NCBI GenBank assembly: GCA_035620615.1
Contig: DASPGM010000014.1
Span: 21,226-53,225, forward strand
Reading direction: 5' to 3'
Length of the DNA: 32,000 nucleotides
Source of the DNA: Nitrosopumilaceae archaeon
GTDB lineage: Archaea > Thermoproteota > Nitrososphaeria > Nitrososphaerales > Nitrosopumilaceae
Positions 26,924 to 32,000 of this stretch are shown here, piece after piece; the stretch's first letter is position 1; each line of letters begins with the position of its first letter. The notes under the pieces were generated by a model. The model saw nothing but the letters and a program-made list of their open reading frames with translations, did not search any database and had not been told where the DNA came from. A program made the translations under genes and the position numbers.

Positions 26924-27838
26924 TTAGATGTTTAAATTCGAAATGGCATTTTTTACACTTTCGGCTGATTTTCTAAGGTCGTTTTTTTCTTCATTATTAA
27001 GTTCTAATTCAATAATTTTTTCAACACCATTTTTTCCAATTACGGCTGGAACTCCCATTGTAATATTAGAAAATCCATATTCCCCATCCAGTGCTGTTGC
27101 AACAGGGATTATTTTTTTTTGATCTCTTACTACCGCTTCTATAATTGTAGAAATTGCATTACCTGGTGCATGTATAGTGGCACCTTTTTGTTCAATGACT
27201 TTTGCAGCAACCTGTTTAGTATTTTGTATCAATTCATCAAGTTTATCTTTTGTAAGAAGCGATGTTAGAGGAATCCCAGATACTGATGAAAATCTAGTTA
27301 ATGGTAACATGTTTTCTCCATGTTCTCCTATTACTAAAGCTCGAATAGAACTTCGGGAATGTCCAGTTGCCTCATGAATAAATTGTATAAATCTTGAAAG
27401 ATCCAGCATATTTCCCATTCCAAATATTCTATTTCTTTTAAAACCTGAAACTTTGTATGCAACATGCGCCATAGGATCCAGAGGATTTGTTACTGGAACA
27501 ATCATAGAATCTTTTGCATATTTTTTTATATTCTCTACTACATCTTTTACAATACCAGTATTGATTTTCAGAAGATCCATTCTAGTCATTCCAGGTTTTC
27601 TTCCAGAACCTGCAACCACTACAACAATTTTAGAATTTTTCATCTCTGAATAATCATTAGAACCTTTTATTTCAACATCCATTCCTTTTTCAGATAACAT
27701 GTGATTCAAATCCATAGCTTCACCTTGGGGTAATCCTTTTACAATATCAAGCAAAAGAATTTCATCATCTAATTTCTTCAGAGCTGTAAAAAGGGCTGCA
27801 GCAGCCCCCACTTTTCCAGAACCAATTATAGTTATCAT
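26924..27838 (-). CDS. mdh: Malate dehydrogenase (LDH-like superfamily)
   Basis: 304 aa; [29 protein letters not shown] (Arg at the substrate-specificity position), [24 protein letters not shown]. Confidence 0.9.
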   Translation of the reverse strand: MITIIGSGKVGAAAALFTALKKLDDEILLLDIVKGLPQGEAMDLNHMLSEKGMDVEIKGSNDYSEMKNSKIVVVVAGSGRKPGMTRMDLLKINTGIVKDVVENIKKYAKDSMIVPVTNPLDPMAHVAYKVSGFKRNRIFGMGNMLDLSRFIQFIHEATGHSRSSIRALVIGEHGENMLPLTRFSSVSGIPLTSLLTKDKLDELIQNTKQVAAKVIEQKGATIHAPGNAISTIIEAVVRDQKKIIPVATALDGEYGFSNITMGVPAVIGKNGVEKIIELELNNEEKNDLRKSAESVKNAISNLNI

Positions 27839-27928
27839 GTCATGCGATTTTAATTCTCATTAATTAAATCTAGTGAATTTTAAATTCTATTCAAGAGAAT
27901 TTATATTCATTTTATTGATCTAAAAAAT

Positions 27929-29161
27929 ATGGTAATTGTAATAGATTCTCAGATTGCTGGAATATCTGGTGATATGTTACTTTGTGCTTTGGTGGATTTA
28001 GGTGCAAATAAATTAAAAATTATCAAAGCAATTAAAATCTCAGAAAAAAACATGAGCGGTTCTATCATTAAAAAAATTGATTTTTGTAAAGTAAAGAAAA
28101 ATGGAGTTGAAGCAACTGAATTAATTTTGGATATTGATGAAAAAACTCATGAGCGTAAAGGAACTGAAATTCAAAAATGTATTGAAAAATCAATAAATGA
28201 AATTGGACTTTCAGAAAAAGCTAAAAGTTTTGCAATTGCAAGTATTGAAACTTTAATGAAGGCTGAATCAAAGATTCATGGCTCTCCAATATCATCCGTT
28301 CACTTTCATGAAGCCTCAAGTATTGATACTGTGATAGATATTATAGGAACAGCAACTGCAATTGATGATTTAAAATTATTTGCGGAGGAATTTATTTCTA
28401 CTCAGGTAGCAGTAGGAGGTGGGACCTTAACTTTTTCGCATGGCACTACCTCTAATCCAGCTAGTGCAGTTTTAGAAATCCTGAAAAACTCTCAAATAAT
28501 GATCTCTGGAGGTCAAGTAAATGAAGAATTAACTACTCCAACAGGTGCAAGTATGTTAACCAATTTAACAAAGACATGTTTAGATTTTTACCCAAAAATG
28601 AGAGTAAATTCTATAGGTTATGGGGCAGGTAAGAAAAATTTTGACGGATTTTCAAACGTATTAAAAATAATTCAAGGTGAAAAAACTAAATTCTATCATC
28701 AAGACGTGGTTCAAATTTTAGAAACAAATGTTGATGATGTTTCAGGGGAATTACTTGGGAATTTAATTGAAAAAATTATGTCATTTGGAGCAAAAGATGT
28801 TACTATTACTTCAGCAATTACTAAAAAGGGTCGACCTACAAATCTTGTATCGGTTATATGTGATTCTGAATCAATGAACTCAATTATAGAATTATTGATT
28901 TCTGAAACAGGTACACTAGGTATACGAGTTCGTTCTTCGGAAAGATATACCGTCCCAAGAACAGTAGAAAAAATTCCTATAAAAATCGAGGGTTTAATTT
29001 TTGAGGTAAATTGTAAAATAGTCTATGAAGAGAATAAAATAAAAAATTTCAAGATTGAATATGATGATATCGTATTAATCTCTAAAACAATTAATCAATC
29101 CTTCAAAAAAACCGAGGAATTAATTCGAATAGCTGTTAAGGATAATTTGGGTCTTAAATGA
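27929..29161 (+). CDS. larC: Nickel-pincer cofactor biosynthesis protein LarC (nickel insertion), single full-length ORF
   Basis: 410 aa; GISGDMLLCALVDLG, HFHEASSIDTVIDIIGTATAIDDL, LETNVDDVSGELLGNLIEKIMSFGAKDVTITSAITKKGRPTNLVSVI. Confidence 0.92.
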   Translation: MVIVIDSQIAGISGDMLLCALVDLGANKLKIIKAIKISEKNMSGSIIKKIDFCKVKKNGVEATELILDIDEKTHERKGTEIQKCIEKSINEIGLSEKAKSFAIASIETLMKAESKIHGSPISSVHFHEASSIDTVIDIIGTATAIDDLKLFAEEFISTQVAVGGGTLTFSHGTTSNPASAVLEILKNSQIMISGGQVNEELTTPTGASMLTNLTKTCLDFYPKMRVNSIGYGAGKKNFDGFSNVLKIIQGEKTKFYHQDVVQILETNVDDVSGELLGNLIEKIMSFGAKDVTITSAITKKGRPTNLVSVICDSESMNSIIELLISETGTLGIRVRSSERYTVPRTVEKIPIKIEGLIFEVNCKIVYEENKIKNFKIEYDDIVLISKTINQSFKKTEELIRIAVKDNLGLK

Positions 29162-29958
29162 CAACACTAATTGATCTAATTAATTGGTTTAATGGTAAAA
29201 ATAGTGTACTAGTAGCGCTTTCTGGTGGAGTAGATAGTGCATTAGTTGCTTATGCAGCATTTCAAAATTTAGGAAATTCGGCAATAGCTGTCACTGCTGA
29301 TTACAAAACTCTTTCAAGAGATGAATTATCTTCAGCAAGAAACGTTTGTAATGAAATTGGAATTAAGCAAATAATAATTAATTATAATGAATTAGAAAAT
29401 GAAAATTTTGTGCTAAATGACAAAAATCGATGTTTCTATTGTAGAGACGAATTGGCAAAAAAACTGAAAGATCTTGCAATGGAACTTGGGGTGGAAACCA
29501 TTGTGGATGGAACCCAATCTGATGATTTAGCCGATTATCGACCAGGTATTAGAGCACTCAAATCAAATGGAATTCAAAGCCCATTATTAGAAATTCAATT
29601 TACAAAACAACAGGTTCGAGATGAAGCTAAAAGAATTAATTTATCAGTTTTTGATAGACCATCCAATTCTTGCTTAGCTTCTCGCATACCTTGGGGTCAG
29701 AGGATTAGTGCTGAGCGACTTGCTAGAATTGAGGTAGGAGAAACAATTGTAAAACAAACCCTTGGTGCAAATCAGGTCCGTGTAAGGGATTTTGATGGAG
29801 TAGCAAAAATAGAAGTTGCAAAAAATGAATTGGAACTTATTTCTAATAAATCCAAGATTAATGAAATAATTATTAAATTATTACAAATTGGTTTTAAATC
29901 AGTAATAATTGATCCAGAAGGATACAAATCTGGGAAGATCAATGTTTTAGTTGATTGA
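29158..29958 (+). CDS. larE: ATP-dependent sacrificial sulfurtransferase / PP-loop protein LarE
   Basis: 266 aa; PP-loop ALSGGVDSALVAYAA; NRCFYCRDEL; VDGTQSDDLADYRPG; SCLASRIPWGQRISAERL. ATGA overlap with larC. Confidence 0.92.
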   Translation: MTTLIDLINWFNGKNSVLVALSGGVDSALVAYAAFQNLGNSAIAVTADYKTLSRDELSSARNVCNEIGIKQIIINYNELENENFVLNDKNRCFYCRDELAKKLKDLAMELGVETIVDGTQSDDLADYRPGIRALKSNGIQSPLLEIQFTKQQVRDEAKRINLSVFDRPSNSCLASRIPWGQRISAERLARIEVGETIVKQTLGANQVRVRDFDGVAKIEVAKNELELISNKSKINEIIIKLLQIGFKSVIIDPEGYKSGKINVLVD

Positions 29959-31112
29959 TCTACCTAGATAATGCAGCATCAACACCTCTACATGAGCAGG
30001 TTTTTCACGAGATGGTTCCATTTTTACAAGAGCAATTTGGAAATCCTTCCTCTATTCACAAATTTGGTAGAACTGCACAAAGAGCACTTCAAAATTCTAG
30101 AAAGCAAATTGCCAAATTAATAAATGCTGAACCCAATGAAATTCTATTTACATCTGGAGGAACCGAATCAAATAATACTGCACTATTTGGATTTACTAAC
30201 CACGCAAAAGGAAACCATATTATTACTTCATCTATTGAACATGAAGCAATTTTAGAACCATGTAAGAAACTCCAAAAAGAAGGTTTTGAAATTACTTTTG
30301 TTCCTGTAAATGATTTCGGAATGATAAATTTATTCGATATTGAAAAATCAATTACACCTAAAACATGTCTTGTTAGCATTATGTTTGCAAACAATGAAGT
30401 AGGCACAATTCAACCAATCAAAAAAATTTCCAAAATATGTCATGATAAACATGTAATTTTTCACACTGATGCGGTTCAAGCAATTGGCAAAGTCAACGTA
30501 GATGTCAAAGAACTTGATATTGATTTGTTATCTTTATCATCTCATAAAATTAATGGTCCTAAAGGAGTTGGTGCTTTATACATAAAAAATGGAATTAAAC
30601 TAAATCCTTTCATTTTTGGTGGTGGCCAGGAAAACGGTATGAGATCCGGTACAGAGAATGTTGCAAGTATTGTTGGGTTTGGAAAAGCGTGTCAGCTTGC
30701 AATGGATAACATGTCTCAAAATATCTCTCACCTAACAAATGTTAGAAATTATTTAATCAAAAAAATAACCTCAGAGATACCTTTGGTTAGGTTAAATGGA
30801 CATCCAGACCAAAGGATAGCAAATAATGCACACTTTACATTTCTTGGTGTGAATGGAGAAGACCTTATTATCAAACTTGATGAAAATGGGATTGCAGCGT
30901 CTACCGGTTCTGCTTGCTCTGTTTTAGTACAAAAGGAATCTCATGTTCTAAAAGCAATGGGTTTCTCCCATGAACAAATTACTGGCTCTTTACGTCTAAC
31001 TGTTGGAATATCAAATACCAAATCAGAGATTGATAAAACTGTGGAAATTTTAAAAAATGTAGTAAAAGAACTCCGTGCATTTTCGCCACTTAAAGAAAAA
31101 TACAGTTTTTAG
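29955..31112 (+). CDS. Cysteine desulfurase (NifS/IscS family)
   Basis: 385 aa; MIYLDNAASTPLH, FTSGGTESNNTALFG, FHTDAVQAIGKV, SLSSHKINGPKGVG, STGSACSV. TTG start overlaps the larE TGA (TTGA). Confidence 0.93.
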   Translation: MIYLDNAASTPLHEQVFHEMVPFLQEQFGNPSSIHKFGRTAQRALQNSRKQIAKLINAEPNEILFTSGGTESNNTALFGFTNHAKGNHIITSSIEHEAILEPCKKLQKEGFEITFVPVNDFGMINLFDIEKSITPKTCLVSIMFANNEVGTIQPIKKISKICHDKHVIFHTDAVQAIGKVNVDVKELDIDLLSLSSHKINGPKGVGALYIKNGIKLNPFIFGGGQENGMRSGTENVASIVGFGKACQLAMDNMSQNISHLTNVRNYLIKKITSEIPLVRLNGHPDQRIANNAHFTFLGVNGEDLIIKLDENGIAASTGSACSVLVQKESHVLKAMGFSHEQITGSLRLTVGISNTKSEIDKTVEILKNVVKELRAFSPLKEKYSF

Positions 31113-31122
31113 AAAAACACAA

Positions 31123-31941
31123 TTAATATGAATTTTTTAATGGTATACGGTATTTTGATGATACTAAAATAATTGAGATTATTCCCACTATTAGAACTAA
31201 CATTACTATGTTTCCAAATTCTGGAACTACGAAAGTTCCGATAATTTCAATATCTGAATCTCCATCTTCAAAATTTATTGTAATTTTTCTTAAATCTACA
31301 TTATTTTCATTTTCCTCATATGGTACTTCTACTCCATCAATTAGAATAATATAGCTATCATCTGTGTTATCATTCTTTTTTGCATCAATTGATTTTCGAG
31401 GCAAATCTAGGATGATAAATCCATCATCTTCAGTTTCTATGATGACAATTAATGCAAAAATTTCTGGATCAACAATCATGTCTTTTACTGTTGCTCCTTT
31501 TACTGTGTAGTGTATATCGAAAGTTCCATAACTTCCTGCATTTACCTCGAAAATATCTGTCGTCTCTCTAATCGAAAGTTTAGTGTGATATTCAAATTCT
31601 GTTTCAACCATGTAATTTGCACCATAAGACGCTCTAATGATATACGTTCCATCTTTTTGCCAATATGGCCCCTTAGCTAGCATTGTATGTGTATATTTTC
31701 CATCTTGGGCCACAGTAATCTGTGCAATATCAATTAAATTTCCTTCATAAAATATTTGTAATGTTACAGGAGTGTCAATTATAACTGCTGTAACATTTCC
31801 AGAAACAATAATAGCATCTCCTTCTTCATAAGATTTTTCAGAAGTTTTTACGGAAAGTAGTTCTGGAGTTTGTGCCAAAGCTGTAAATGTAGAAAAAGAT
31901 AATATCGCACACACTAGACATAATACGACTTTATATTTCAT
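31123..31941 (-). CDS. Exported protein with Ig-like module and C-terminal transmembrane anchor; function unknown
   Basis: 272 aa; signal peptide LVCAILSFSTFTALAQ; SGNVTAVIIDTPVTLQIFYEGN...DGKYTHTMLAKGPYWQKDGTYIIRASYG; terminal NIVMLVLIVGIISIILVSSKYRI. Confidence 0.7.
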   Translation of the reverse strand: MKYKVVLCLVCAILSFSTFTALAQTPELLSVKTSEKSYEEGDAIIVSGNVTAVIIDTPVTLQIFYEGNLIDIAQITVAQDGKYTHTMLAKGPYWQKDGTYIIRASYGANYMVETEFEYHTKLSIRETTDIFEVNAGSYGTFDIHYTVKGATVKDMIVDPEIFALIVIIETEDDGFIILDLPRKSIDAKKNDNTDDSYIILIDGVEVPYEENENNVDLRKITINFEDGDSDIEIIGTFVVPEFGNIVMLVLIVGIISIILVSSKYRIPLKNSY

Positions 31942-32000
31942 AAAATCAAGAACTATCTTTTGTATATTTCCTTTACTATTTAATTGTGGATTTAAAATAA

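Noticed and set aside
26928-27653. + strand ORFs inside mdh (26928..27122, 27177..27377, 27453..27653, 27464..27649)
   Set aside because: Shadows of a strongly conserved malate dehydrogenase on the - strand.
1-32000. Search for a defence, mobile or recombination system
   Set aside because: No integrase, transposase, restriction-modification, toxin-antitoxin, Cas or phage structural motif was seen; the tRNA-Leu at 2458..2542 is intact and I saw no attachment-site-like duplication.

Overview
This is a compact, AT-rich archaeal chromosomal window. Protein character points to an ammonia-oxidising Nitrososphaerota/Thaumarchaeota, Nitrosopumilus-like (inferred, no search run). From left to right it holds: Memo-family (partial), rpsB, eno and rpoN; tRNA-Leu(GAG); a translin-family gene; a secreted YCF48-type beta-propeller; a secreted protein with EF-hand/dockerin-like loops; a NAD(P)H-hydrate epimerase / metallo-beta-lactamase / archaeal CobT-like trio; glmS; rps4 and rps13 (rps13 with a repetitive Ala/Pro/Lys tail); a MoxR-type AAA+ ATPase / VWA / small HTH-like trio; a two-domain multicopper oxidase overlapping a ZIP transporter, convergent with a CDF transporter; a large S-layer-like surface protein; a Cys-module/poly-Pro/CFI-type secreted protein; a B12-binding-type radical SAM enzyme; a VIT/CCC1-like transporter; and a nickel-pincer-nucleotide (lar) biosynthesis neighbourhood (larB, malate dehydrogenase, larC, larE, cysteine desulfurase). 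I see no CRISPR array, transposase, integrase or recognised defence system. The best leads are: (1) the lar genes with no larA in view, coupled to a cysteine desulfurase; (2) the MoxR/VWA/HTH operon of unknown function; (3) the MCO-ZIP-CDF metal neighbourhood; (4) the 24-bp tandem-repeat tail on S13; (5) a 36-nt intergenic element present twice at 35/36 identity, with a shorter third copy. All family names come from motif recognition by eye.
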